This document shows positions 26,936-36,173 of a DNA stretch of 50,830 nt, piece after piece; the first letter of the stretch is position 1; every line of letters begins with the position of its first letter. Origin of the DNA: Candidatus Kerfeldbacteria bacterium (GTDB lineage Bacteria > Patescibacteriota > Patescibacteriia > UBA9570 > XYC2-FULL-38-9); the NCBI GenBank assembly GCA_043813585.1, contig JBDRKW010000016.1, positions 1 to 50,830 of the forward strand, read 5' to 3'. A program made the translations under genes and the position numbers. Under the pieces are notes generated by a model, which searched no databases, was not told where the DNA came from, and saw only the letters and a program-made list of their open reading frames with translations.

Positions 26936-28635
26936 GATGGTAGTTCTATATCTTTAATTTCTAGCTGGATTTCGCGGTTGCCGTTCCATTCATTAATGCC
27001 GATGGTAAACGCAATGCCGATCTCGTCGCCGGTGGCAAGCCGTTGCGCAATCTCCCCGCAGCTGAACCCGATGCACTTGCGCGTCACACCGTTCTGCGCA
27101 ACCGTCATGCGCAGGTGGCTCTTGGTCTTGCCCACGCAGGAATATTCGCGTACCTCCGCGTTGCGCGCCGCAAACACCGGCTTGGGGTTGCCTTCACCGT
27201 GCGGTGCGAACTGTTCCAGCTCCTGCACCAGCTTCCAGTCAATATCCGAAATCTCAAGCTCTGCCTCGATAGAAAGCGTCTTGCGCAGGTCCTTGTCTGC
27301 CAGCTGTTCGTTTGCCAGCGCCCGCATGCGCTTCTTGAATTCTTCAATGTCTTCCTCCTGTTTGAGCGAAAACCCGCAGGCGCGCGGATGGCCCCCGTAT
27401 TTATGGAAGAGCTCGTCCATGCTCTGGAGCGCTGCGATAATATCAAAATGTTCGATAGAGCGGCCGGATCCCACCACCTCGTCACCCATTGTCGTAATGA
27501 CAAACGCGGGCCGGTTGAACTTTTGCGATATATTGCCGGCAACAAGCCCGGTCAGGCCGAGCGGCCATGCGTCCGACTCCATGAAAATGACATATTCATC
27601 TTTTTGCGGCTCTGCCTGCGACAGCGCTTCTTTGGTCATCTGCGCAGAGAGCTGCTGCCGCTCCTTGTTCGTGCGACCAAGATCCTCGGCATACGTCCGC
27701 GCTTTTCCTTCATCCTCTTCCACGAGCATATCGAAGGCGGCGTTGGCATGCTTCACCCTGCCGGCTGCGTTGATGCACGGCCCCACCTTAAACATGATGG
27801 TTTCCGTATCAAGAGCATTCGGATCAATTCCGGCGGTTTCGAACAGCGACTGCAGACCCGGTCGCAGGCTTTTCTTCAGAACTATCAACCCGTATTTTAC
27901 CAGGACCCGGTTCTCGCCGATCAGCCGGACATAGTCCGACACCGTGCTGATGGCGACAATGTCCAGCAGCCACTTTTCGAACGCTTCACCGAGCTTGTAT
28001 TCCTTAATAAGCGCCTGGCACAGCTTGAATGCCACTCCGGCTCCGGCCAGATGCTCAAATGGGTAGGTTTCGCCCGAAACTTTCGGGTTAATAATGGCAA
28101 ACGCGCGATCCGGCAATTCCGGCGGTTCGTTATGATGGTCGGTGATAATCACGTCCATGCCCAGTTCCGTCGCCTTCTCCACCTCCGGCTTGTTCGAAAT
28201 GCCGCAGTCAACGGTGATGATCAGGTTTGTCTTGTCGTCATGCAGCGACTGTACCGTTGCCATGTTTAATCCATACCCTTCCGTATCCCGATGTGGCAGG
28301 TACACCGTCACGTCCGCACCCGTTTTCTGCAGTGTTTTATATAAAATTGCGGAAGCGCCAACGCCATCCGCGTCATAATCGCCGTGAATGACGATTTTTT
28401 CCTTCTTCTCCACTGCCGCAGCAATCCGGTCCACCGCCTTGTGCATGTCCCGGAACAAGAACGGGTCATGCTGGTCGTCGCCGTAGTCGGGCGTGAGGAA
28501 CATATCCACATCCTTTTGCGTCTCCAGCCCGCGGTTATGCAGCAACTGAAGAACGACCGGACTGATTTCCGGAAATTTCCCGCTCACGTTGTCCGGCACC
28601 TGCGCGCGAAGCACCCATTGGTAGCGTTCAGCCAT
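26932..28635 (-). CDS. recJ: single-stranded-DNA-specific exonuclease RecJ
   Basis: 567 aa. DHH motifs (IHGDYDADGV, TVDCG, ITDHHNEP), DHHA1 (GGHPRACG) and a C-terminal OB-like region. Confidence 0.9.
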   Translation of the reverse strand: MAERYQWVLRAQVPDNVSGKFPEISPVVLQLLHNRGLETQKDVDMFLTPDYGDDQHDPFLFRDMHKAVDRIAAAVEKKEKIVIHGDYDADGVGASAILYKTLQKTGADVTVYLPHRDTEGYGLNMATVQSLHDDKTNLIITVDCGISNKPEVEKATELGMDVIITDHHNEPPELPDRAFAIINPKVSGETYPFEHLAGAGVAFKLCQALIKEYKLGEAFEKWLLDIVAISTVSDYVRLIGENRVLVKYGLIVLKKSLRPGLQSLFETAGIDPNALDTETIMFKVGPCINAAGRVKHANAAFDMLVEEDEGKARTYAEDLGRTNKERQQLSAQMTKEALSQAEPQKDEYVIFMESDAWPLGLTGLVAGNISQKFNRPAFVITTMGDEVVGSGRSIEHFDIIAALQSMDELFHKYGGHPRACGFSLKQEEDIEEFKKRMRALANEQLADKDLRKTLSIEAELEISDIDWKLVQELEQFAPHGEGNPKPVFAARNAEVREYSCVGKTKSHLRMTVAQNGVTRKCIGFSCGEIAQRLATGDEIGIAFTIGINEWNGNREIQLEIKDIELPS

Positions 28636-29074
28636 CTATCCGCTTGGTTACAGCGTCAATTAGCTTCTTCTGGTTTGTATGTTTCATGATTTTGCGCGCT
28701 TTGGCAAGGGGCAGCCATTTGTAGGTCGTATGCTCGTCAGAGATGCGCACGCGCTCCTGCGGTTTTACAATGCAATAGTACACCACCCGGCGGCGAATGC
28801 GCTTGCCGTTATGCTTAAAGTCATATTTCATGACCTTCCGGAATTTGGGCAGCAGCTGGAATTTTTTAATGCCGGTTTCCTCAAACAGTTCCCGGCGCAG
28901 CGTATCCAGCTCCCGCTCGCCCTGCTCCACTTTGCCTTTTGGGAACTCCCAGTACTTGTTCTTCTTCTGGAATATTACCAGTACCTGGCCGTGCTTATTG
29001 ATAACCACGGCTCCAACGCTCTTCGAGATCTTGAACGGGCGGTATTTTGTTTTTATGGCCGGTTTCTTGTTCAT
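28628..29074 (-). CDS. NUDIX hydrolase
   Basis: 148 aa. Nudix box GKVEQGERELDTLRRELFEETGI. Overlaps recJ by 8 nt. Confidence 0.85.
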   Translation of the reverse strand: MNKKPAIKTKYRPFKISKSVGAVVINKHGQVLVIFQKKNKYWEFPKGKVEQGERELDTLRRELFEETGIKKFQLLPKFRKVMKYDFKHNGKRIRRRVVYYCIVKPQERVRISDEHTTYKWLPLAKARKIMKHTNQKKLIDAVTKRIDG

Positions 29075-29700
29075 AGGTCGGATAGAAAGGTGTCTGCATC
29101 CTGTTTTAGTTTGCCAAAAATTTCGTTCTCAATTTCGTAGGTCCGGTTGATCAGCTGCGCATAATTCTCAAACGGCTCCAGGCCTTGTTCGTTCGCACGG
29201 TTCTCCCCTTCCTGCAGCCGCTCTTTGACGGTCACGATCACGTCATGCGCCACGCGCCGGTCAGCGTAATTCAGCACCTTCTGCTCCCAGGATGTACAAT
29301 CCATTGTCTTGGTAATGCAGTGTGTGCGCACCACTTCAGCAAGTTCGGGGTACGTATCTTTCAATGTAATGTAGTTTACCTCCGTATGGGACATGCTCGG
29401 CGGATATGCTTCGCGCTGCTTCTTCCATGCCTGTATCTCTTCCTCGCCGGGGACATACGGCATGTTTTCCACATTAAGCTCTTTCCATTCGGTCACGCGC
29501 ACTACGTCATGCAGCAGCGCCGCGCGGTCTACCAGTTCAACATCAATGTCAATCCCTTTTTGGGCCAGCCCTTCGGCAATTTTTTTCGCCACGCGCCCAA
29601 CCTGCTTCATGTGTTCACGAACATGCTTCGGGGTATGGTATTCATCCCAAAGCCGCTCGCACTCTTCCCTTGTTGGCAGTGCTATTACCTTGCTGACCAT
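29071..29700 (-). CDS. HD-domain phosphohydrolase
   Basis: 209 aa. H...HD signature (HMKQVGRVA ... AALLHDVVR) and further His/Asp residues (ADRRVAHD). ATGA-type 4-nt overlap with the downstream NUDIX gene. Confidence 0.7.
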   Translation of the reverse strand: MVSKVIALPTREECERLWDEYHTPKHVREHMKQVGRVAKKIAEGLAQKGIDIDVELVDRAALLHDVVRVTEWKELNVENMPYVPGEEEIQAWKKQREAYPPSMSHTEVNYITLKDTYPELAEVVRTHCITKTMDCTSWEQKVLNYADRRVAHDVIVTVKERLQEGENRANEQGLEPFENYAQLINRTYEIENEIFGKLKQDADTFLSDL

Positions 29701-30623
29701 TTTGCAATCGTTTCAGCAAAAAGCGGCGCGACGGAAAGCACTTTTATTTTCGCAATGCGTTTTTTCGGCGGGAGGTAGATCGTATCTGTTACCACGACTT
29801 CCGTCAGACGGGATTTTTCCAACCGTTCAATGGCCGGGCCGGACAGCACCGCATGGGTGCAGGCAAAGAAGATATTGTTCGCCTTTCGCTCCTTTAATAT
29901 ATCTGCGACGCCGATAAGCGTACCGGCGGTGTTGATTTCGTCATCAATAATCAGGACGTTCTTCCCTTTGACTTCCCCTTCGAAATTGGTAAACGAAACA
30001 GTGTCGAGTTTTTTTCGCGACCGCTGTTTGGACACTTTCACCAGCGGCACGTTCAATTCCCGCGCGTAGTGCTCTGAACCGGGAGCGCTTCCCTTGTCCG
30101 GAGCAAGCACGACCAGGTTTTCGAGCTTCTTCTTCTTGAAGTAATCCACAATCACGTCAAATGCGCGCAGCTCTTTGCAGATGATCTTGTTGTCCTTGAA
30201 AAATTTTGCGCTGCGGTGCTTGTGGAGGTCGATAACCAGCACCCGGTTCACGCCGGCCGCGTTCAGCAGCTTTGCCACCAGGTCAAACGCGAGCGATTCC
30301 CCAGGTATAGATACCTTTTCCTGGCGCCGGTATCCAAAAAACGGCATCACTGCCGTTATCCGCTTCGGCCGCATGGCTTTTACCGCATGGACCATCAACA
30401 GGAGCTCCATGATGCTGTCGTTTGCCGGCATGGAGGTTGGCTGGATGCAATAAACGTCCCTGCCCCTGCAATCCTGGTTGACTGCCACCTGGATTTCCTC
30501 GTCCGAAAATGTCTCAATGCTGACATCAGACAGCTTCAGATCCAGTTCACGGGCAACCCGGCGCGCAAACGGCTTGTTTGCCCGGCCGGCCAGTATCACA
30601 GGTTTTTGCGTTTTTTTCGCCAT
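29685..30623 (-). CDS. prs: ribose-phosphate pyrophosphokinase (PRPP synthetase)
   Basis: 312 aa. FSDEEIQV, RQEKV and the PRPP-binding loop VLIIDDEINTAGTL. Overlaps the HD gene by 16 nt. Confidence 0.9.
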   Translation of the reverse strand: MAKKTQKPVILAGRANKPFARRVARELDLKLSDVSIETFSDEEIQVAVNQDCRGRDVYCIQPTSMPANDSIMELLLMVHAVKAMRPKRITAVMPFFGYRRQEKVSIPGESLAFDLVAKLLNAAGVNRVLVIDLHKHRSAKFFKDNKIICKELRAFDVIVDYFKKKKLENLVVLAPDKGSAPGSEHYARELNVPLVKVSKQRSRKKLDTVSFTNFEGEVKGKNVLIIDDEINTAGTLIGVADILKERKANNIFFACTHAVLSGPAIERLEKSRLTEVVVTDTIYLPPKKRIAKIKVLSVAPLFAETIAKWSAR

Positions 30624-30681
30624 GGATTTCGTTAGTACCGTCAGTCACTATACCACATCAATTTGCACTTTTCCACACGGC

Positions 30682-30996
30682 TTACTCCGCAGTATAATAG
30701 GCAAGCCACCGCGTAATGCGCGCTGCTTCTTCATTGATCTGCGCACCTTCATATTCGCCGGCGTGGGCGGTCTGGCCCTCATAACAGGCCTGTTTCTGGT
30801 CCAGATGGAGGCTTATTTCAAGATGGCCCGACCTGCGCACCTTCACATACGCGTGAAAGCGCGGATAATGCCCTCTTCCCAGCCGCATGACAAAACTTGC
30901 CGCGCCCGTATTGGGGTCGGTAAACGCATGATACCCGGCCTCTTCAAATATGAGCCGGGGTTGCTGCCGGAGTTTCTGGTTCCACGCTATCTTCAT
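30682..30996 (-). CDS. small hypothetical protein
   Basis: 104 aa, ATG start, backbone-like composition, 3 nt downstream of the PfkB kinase gene on the same strand. No recognisable motif (MKIAWNQKLRQQPRLIFEEAGYHAF...). Confidence 0.5.
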   Translation of the reverse strand: MKIAWNQKLRQQPRLIFEEAGYHAFTDPNTGAASFVMRLGRGHYPRFHAYVKVRRSGHLEISLHLDQKQACYEGQTAHAGEYEGAQINEEAARITRWLAYYTAE

Positions 30997-30999
30997 CTG

Positions 31000-31992
31000 T
31001 TATTTTTTCAGGCTTTTTGGAAGGTCCTTCCACTTCAGCAGTCCATTCTGCGCGCCAATCGACTGCACCAGTGAAGATGCGTTCTTTTGCGCCAGCTTCA
31101 TGGATTTCATGATATTGCCTTTGTATTTGACGTATCCCGCCAGGAAGGATGATCCATAGCAGTCGCCGGCGCCGGTCGTGTCTTTCGGCCTGTCCTGCGG
31201 CGGCTTTAGGAATGTTACTTCAGCGCCGTCGTACGCATACGCGCCTTTCCGTGAATTCGTGATGAGCACAATGCCCGGCCCCCAGCTGTGGATTTCCTTT
31301 AACATCTGGGGGATGGTTCCCGCTTTATTCTTTTTTGGATGCGACAGGATGAGTTCGGTTGCTTCATCCTTGTTCAGGATCATGAGATCAGTCTTTTCTA
31401 TGAACGGCTTCAGGCCGCGGTATCCTTTTTCCAGCTGCCTGCTGCCCGGGTTCCAGGCGACCTTGGACTTGTCAATGCTGTTGATGGTTCGCAACAAATC
31501 GCGCCAGCTGTCGGAGTAGAGCGATGAGATGTAATACCATTTTGTCGGGCGCCGCACGAGCGACGGGCGCGCAACCTCCAGGTCATGCGCGGCTCCGTAA
31601 TAGACATACGCCGTATGTTCGCCGCTATTCTCGTCGACAACGAGGTATGAAAAACCGGTGCGGTGGCGCTGCGTAATGAGCAACAGCTCCGTATCAACCT
31701 TATTCGCTTCCATGTGCTCTTTGATGCCGCGGCCGTCCAGATCATAGCCAATGCTCGATAAGACGCCGGTCCGGAGGCCGAGGCCCGCAAAATTGATCGA
31801 CGTGTTTGCCGCCCCTCCGCCAAACGTGAACGTTACCTTTTCGCTCTGGATCTTCGCACCGAATTCAACGCACAGCAAATTCACGCGCGTCGGGTCTTTT
31901 TTGGGATTTTTTACGACGCTGCAGTCTTTTGTGTAGAACATCACGTCACGCAATGCGCTTCCGACTGAGACGACATCGAACGTTTTCGCCAT
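31000..31992 (-). CDS. PfkB-family carbohydrate/nucleoside kinase (ribokinase-like)
   Basis: 330 aa. N-terminal FDVVSVGSALRDV, GGGAANTS and C-terminal DTTGAGDCYGSSFLAGY (PfkB signature 2). Confidence 0.8.
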   Translation of the reverse strand: MAKTFDVVSVGSALRDVMFYTKDCSVVKNPKKDPTRVNLLCVEFGAKIQSEKVTFTFGGGAANTSINFAGLGLRTGVLSSIGYDLDGRGIKEHMEANKVDTELLLITQRHRTGFSYLVVDENSGEHTAYVYYGAAHDLEVARPSLVRRPTKWYYISSLYSDSWRDLLRTINSIDKSKVAWNPGSRQLEKGYRGLKPFIEKTDLMILNKDEATELILSHPKKNKAGTIPQMLKEIHSWGPGIVLITNSRKGAYAYDGAEVTFLKPPQDRPKDTTGAGDCYGSSFLAGYVKYKGNIMKSMKLAQKNASSLVQSIGAQNGLLKWKDLPKSLKK

Positions 31993-32014
31993 TGGTATGG
32001 TAATTATTGAATAG

Positions 32015-34033
32015 TTATCGTATGAGGCTTCGCGAGGTCATGTCCGGCGGACGCTGGAGGCCCATCAGCTTCAGCAGGGTCGGCGCGACATCGGAGAGAA
32101 CCCCGATCGGCTGCAGGCGGGACAGGTCGCCGCTCTGTACCGGCGGCCACATCATGCGCTGCCCGCCCAGCGTGGCATTGCATAATATGCACGGCACCGG
32201 ATTTGTGGAATGTTCTTTAATGATCTCGCCGGTCTGGAGATTCAGCATCTCCTCTGCATTGCCGTGATCGGCAGTTATCACCAGCGTTCCGTTCATGCTT
32301 AATACGGTTTCTGCAACTTTCCCAACTGCCGCATCAGCTGCCTGCACTGCCAGCACTGTCGCCTGAAGGTTGCCTGTATGGCCCACCATATCAACATTGG
32401 CAAAGTTGGAAACGACAAACTGGTATTTGCCGGATTTCAGCTCTTCCACCATGCGGTCGCTCACCTCGTTGACGGACATTGCCGGAGTTTCGTCGTACGT
32501 CTTCACCCGCGGCGACGGGATCAGCACGCGGTCCTCTCCCTCATATTGCTCTTCATTGCCGCCGTTGAAGAAAAATGTCACGTGAGCGTATTTTTCGGTT
32601 TCAGCAATATGCAGCTGCTTCCACCCCATGTCTGCAACGACTTTCGATACTGGATGCTGGACTTTATCCGGCTCGAACGCCACTCGCACCGGAAGGTTTT
32701 TTTCAAATTCTGTCATGCAGACGAACGTTAAATTCAAAACCGGTTCTCCCCGGTCGAATTTTTCAAAGCCCGGCATAACAAACGCTCTAGTAATCTGGCG
32801 GGCGCGATCGGCACGAAAATTGAAAAAGATCATGGCATCGCCGTCGTCGACCGTCGTCACCGGGGTGCCGTCTTCATTCGTAATGACGGTTGGCGCAAGC
32901 TGTTCGTCAAAAATATTTCTTGTATAGGATTGCTCAATTGCCTTCAGCGGACTGTCGGAAACGCTGTCCGATTTTCCGAATCGCATCGCATTATACGCTT
33001 TTTCAATTCGGTCCCACCGGTTATCGCGGTCCATGGTGAAATAGCGCCCGGCAATCGTTGCGATCCTGCCTACGCCCGTTTCCTGCATCTTGGTTTCAAG
33101 CCGCGCAATAAAGCCAAGCGCTTCGTTCTTGCCCGTATCGCGGCCATCCAGAATTGCGTGCACAAAGACGTTCTCGCCCAGTTCGTTGTTCCGGCAAAGC
33201 TCCAGTAGCGCATAAAGATGGTCCTGGCTTGAATGAATGCCGCCGTCGCTTACCATGCCCATCAGGTGGAGCTTCTTTCCCGACTGTTTTACCTCGTTAA
33301 TCACCTTTAAAAATGTTTCATTCTTAAAGAACGTGCCTTCAGAGATGGATTTATTAATAAGCGGCAGATACTGGTAGATGATTTTCCCGGAGCCAAGGTT
33401 CAGATGGCCGACTTCGGAGTTTCCCATCTCACCCCACGGCAAACCAACCACTTCGCCTGACGCATGAAGCGTCATGGTCGGAAACTGGTTCATGAGCTGG
33501 TTTATGTTCGGCGTCTTCGACATGGAGATGGCGTTTCCGCGCGATGCCGGTGCAACTCCCCAGCCGTCTAAAACAATTAAAACAAGCGGCAGATGCGCCT
33601 GGAGCGCGGTTTCTTCGGCTTGCTGCTGTTCTTGCGCCACAACCGGTCCTGCCACCATGCCCTGAAGCGCACCCGCTTGCCCGGGGCCGGCGCTTGGTAC
33701 AGGCGCGGTTGGAAGCGGAGCAGTCGGGTCCGGAGTTGCCGGTGTTGGAGCAGGTATTGGTGCCGGAGCGGTCGCCGGTGCCGGTACTGGCGCGGTTGGA
33801 AACGGATCTCCCGGCTGTAGCGGCGTTGGCTCCGGCGCAACAGGAGTTGGTACTGGAGCAGGCGCTGGTGCAGGAACAGGGGCGGTCGGCAAAGGCATAT
33901 CAGGCATCACTGGTACTGGTGCGGGCATTGGCGCTGGTGCTGGAACAGGTGCGGTTGGCAACGGAGGCATAGCCGGAATCGTTGTCGGCGCTGCCGGTTG
34001 CGGTGTTTGTGCTTGTGGTTGATCGTCTGCCAT
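32015..34033 (-). CDS. gpmI: 2,3-bisphosphoglycerate-independent phosphoglycerate mutase with Pro/Ala-rich N-terminal extension
   Basis: iPGM core (LIVLDGWGVAP, SEVGHLNLGSG, SDGGIHS, ITADHGNAE, HSTNPVP). The track start is a TTG at 34048. The ATG at 34033 lies 8 nt after the ACD stop. An alternative core-only start is the ATG at 33658. Confidence 0.9.
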   Translation of the reverse strand: MADDQPQAQTPQPAAPTTIPAMPPLPTAPVPAPAPMPAPVPVMPDMPLPTAPVPAPAPAPVPTPVAPEPTPLQPGDPFPTAPVPAPATAPAPIPAPTPATPDPTAPLPTAPVPSAGPGQAGALQGMVAGPVVAQEQQQAEETALQAHLPLVLIVLDGWGVAPASRGNAISMSKTPNINQLMNQFPTMTLHASGEVVGLPWGEMGNSEVGHLNLGSGKIIYQYLPLINKSISEGTFFKNETFLKVINEVKQSGKKLHLMGMVSDGGIHSSQDHLYALLELCRNNELGENVFVHAILDGRDTGKNEALGFIARLETKMQETGVGRIATIAGRYFTMDRDNRWDRIEKAYNAMRFGKSDSVSDSPLKAIEQSYTRNIFDEQLAPTVITNEDGTPVTTVDDGDAMIFFNFRADRARQITRAFVMPGFEKFDRGEPVLNLTFVCMTEFEKNLPVRVAFEPDKVQHPVSKVVADMGWKQLHIAETEKYAHVTFFFNGGNEEQYEGEDRVLIPSPRVKTYDETPAMSVNEVSDRMVEELKSGKYQFVVSNFANVDMVGHTGNLQATVLAVQAADAAVGKVAETVLSMNGTLVITADHGNAEEMLNLQTGEIIKEHSTNPVPCILCNATLGGQRMMWPPVQSGDLSRLQPIGVLSDVAPTLLKLMGLQRPPDMTSRSLIR
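33658..34033 (-). repeat. GC-rich imperfect tandem repeats encoding P(L/F)PTAPVP(A/S) units
   Basis: Four copies of P(L/F)PTAPVP(A/S), the first three continuing as xPAP(A/M/T), embedded in about 125 codons of Pro/Ala/Thr/Val. On the + strand the DNA shows reiterated GGTGCxGGxACTGGxGCGGTTGG-like units. Confidence 0.7.
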
Positions 34034-34041
34034 ACCTGCGT

Positions 34042-36093
34042 TTAACAAGATGTCATCATGCGCGTATCAACGATAAACCCGCCCTTCCCCTTCTTTTCCA
34101 GAATCATCGGGTTAATGTCCAGTTCCTGTATTTCAGGGTAGTCACAGGCAAGTTTTGATACGGCAACAATCGCGCGGGCCGCTGCTTCCGTATCGTTGTC
34201 TCTTAACAGCGCAGCGGTTTTGATTCCCTGAATCATCTGGACCGCTTCTTTCTTCGTCAACGGCGCAATTCCGTAGGTAGTATCATGAAAATATTCCACC
34301 ATTGTTCCGCCGAGGCCAAATAGTATCACGGCGCCAAATGCTTCGTCGCGCTTCATGCCAATGATAACCTCTTTGGCTTTCATGGTCCTGGGCAGCTGCT
34401 TCTGCACCAGCATCCCCTGAATTTCCGCTTTGGGGAACTTTTTCTTGATGGATTTGGCAATCTGCCGAAACGCTTTTTTTGCGGCGGCGGCATCTTTGAT
34501 GTTAAGCACCACGCCGTTGGACGCCGCCTTATGAATAATATCGCGCGACGCGATTTTCATGACAATCGGGAACTCTTTGATATGTTCACAATCCTCCGGC
34601 GTTTCTATCAGCTCCGCGTCGATAACCGGCAAGTTATACTTCTGCAGTATGGCCATTGCTTCCTGCGTGCGGATCTGCGGATGGCCGCTTGCCGACGGCA
34701 AATCGCAGATGTTCTTTTTCTTTACCGGCGGTACGAGATAGGCCTCATTGGTCCGGAATTTCACCAGCTCATCCATGGCGTGTACCGCGCTTGCCGGGGT
34801 TTCGTAGTTTGGAATCCCGTGGAATTGCAAAATCATGCGGCCCGTATTCACGTCCTGGCCTCCCATGAAAGAAGCGACAACCGGCTTCTTATACTGCTTT
34901 TGCAGGCGTGCAATGATGCGGGCGGTCTCGTCCTCGTCTGTCATGATCTGCGGGGTCAGGATAACGATAACACCGTCGATCTCTTTGGATGACAGCACGG
35001 ATTGCAGCGCATGCTCGTATCGCTCCGGCGGCGCGTCGCCGATAACATCGATTGGGTTTTTCACGCTGGCTGATGCCGGCAGCTTGCCCTGCAGCTTCTT
35101 ACGCAGCGCTCCCTTGATTTCCGGCATGTCAAACGACGCTTTTTCCGCTGCAGCAACCGCCATAATCCCCGGCCCTCCAGCGTTTGTGACAATCGCGATC
35201 CGGCCGCCTTTCGGCACGGGCATTAAGCTGAACGCAAGGCCGTAATCAAAGAAATCCTCCACTGTTTCCGCGCGGATAATCCCCGCTTTCTCAAACGCCG
35301 CCTGCACCGCCTCTTCCGAACCGACCAGCGCGCCCGTATGCGAATGGATCGCCCGCTGCACTTTTTCCGATGCGCCGGCTTTAAGCACGATCACCGGCTT
35401 CTTCAATGACACGGATGCGGCCACGCGCATAAAATCGCGCCCTTTCTCGATACTTTCGGAATACATCATGATTACTTTCGTATCTTTGTCGCGCGCAAGA
35501 TATTCCAGGCAATCCACTTCGTCAATGTCAGACTTATTTCCGATAGAAATCATCTTCGAAATGCCCAGCTTGGTCTGGTAGGACCAGTCGAGAATGGCGA
35601 CGCCCATGGCGCCGGACTGGGAAATCAACCCGATATTCCCGCGCGCAGGCATGCCCACGGCAAACGAAGCGTTCAGGCCGACAAACGGATTGATCAAACC
35701 AAGACAGTTCGGGCCCACAATCCTGATTCCGTATTTTTTTGCGATTTCCAGCAGCTCCTCTTCGCGCTTTTCGCCGACGCCGCCGACTTCTTTAAAGCCC
35801 GCGCTGATCACCAGTGCAAACGGCACCTTCTTTTTGCCGCATTCGCGCAATACTTCGGCAACATATTTGGCCGGAACCATGATAACAGCCAGGTCGATCG
35901 CGGCTTTTATGTCTGAAACCTCCGCATAGCTCTTCAGCCCCAGGATTTCTTCGGCTTTCGGGTTCACCGGGTAAATCTTTCCGGTGTAGCCGAACTTCTT
36001 CACGTTTAATAAAACGTCGTGCCCCAGTTTACCAGGTGTACGAGAAGCTCCGATTATTGCTATGGACTTCGGAGAAAATAACTTTTGAAGCAT
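34042..36093 (-). CDS. ADP-forming acetyl/acyl-CoA synthetase (NDP-forming, fused alpha-beta)
   Basis: CoA-binding N-terminus LFSPKSIAIIGASRTPGKLG, succinyl-CoA-synthetase-like ligase domains (LISQSGAMG, VTNAGGPG) and a C-terminal ATP-grasp. Three in-frame ATGs (36111, 36099, 36093); 36093 fits the conserved N-terminus. Confidence 0.85.
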   Translation of the reverse strand: MLQKLFSPKSIAIIGASRTPGKLGHDVLLNVKKFGYTGKIYPVNPKAEEILGLKSYAEVSDIKAAIDLAVIMVPAKYVAEVLRECGKKKVPFALVISAGFKEVGGVGEKREEELLEIAKKYGIRIVGPNCLGLINPFVGLNASFAVGMPARGNIGLISQSGAMGVAILDWSYQTKLGISKMISIGNKSDIDEVDCLEYLARDKDTKVIMMYSESIEKGRDFMRVAASVSLKKPVIVLKAGASEKVQRAIHSHTGALVGSEEAVQAAFEKAGIIRAETVEDFFDYGLAFSLMPVPKGGRIAIVTNAGGPGIMAVAAAEKASFDMPEIKGALRKKLQGKLPASASVKNPIDVIGDAPPERYEHALQSVLSSKEIDGVIVILTPQIMTDEDETARIIARLQKQYKKPVVASFMGGQDVNTGRMILQFHGIPNYETPASAVHAMDELVKFRTNEAYLVPPVKKKNICDLPSASGHPQIRTQEAMAILQKYNLPVIDAELIETPEDCEHIKEFPIVMKIASRDIIHKAASNGVVLNIKDAAAAKKAFRQIAKSIKKKFPKAEIQGMLVQKQLPRTMKAKEVIIGMKRDEAFGAVILFGLGGTMVEYFHDTTYGIAPLTKKEAVQMIQGIKTAALLRDNDTEAAARAIVAVSKLACDYPEIQELDINPMILEKKGKGGFIVDTRMMTSC

Positions 36094-36173
36094 GCGCATA
36101 CTATAACACATTTTTGACGGTTCTTCCAGAACCTGGGGGTATAAAAAACAGACCCGTGCCGTCCCTTCATCTC

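Noticed and set aside
26369-27934. 521-aa plus-strand ORF
   Set aside because: It is antisense to RNase P RNA, rnhA and recJ, all of which have clear family signatures. Its translation is Ser/Cys/Arg-rich low-complexity with no motifs.
33544-33972. Plus-strand 142-aa ORF and other ORFs inside the gpmI Pro-rich region
   Set aside because: The region is GC-rich and repetitive, so all frames are open. The minus-strand frame is contiguous with the iPGM core and starts 8 nt after the upstream stop.
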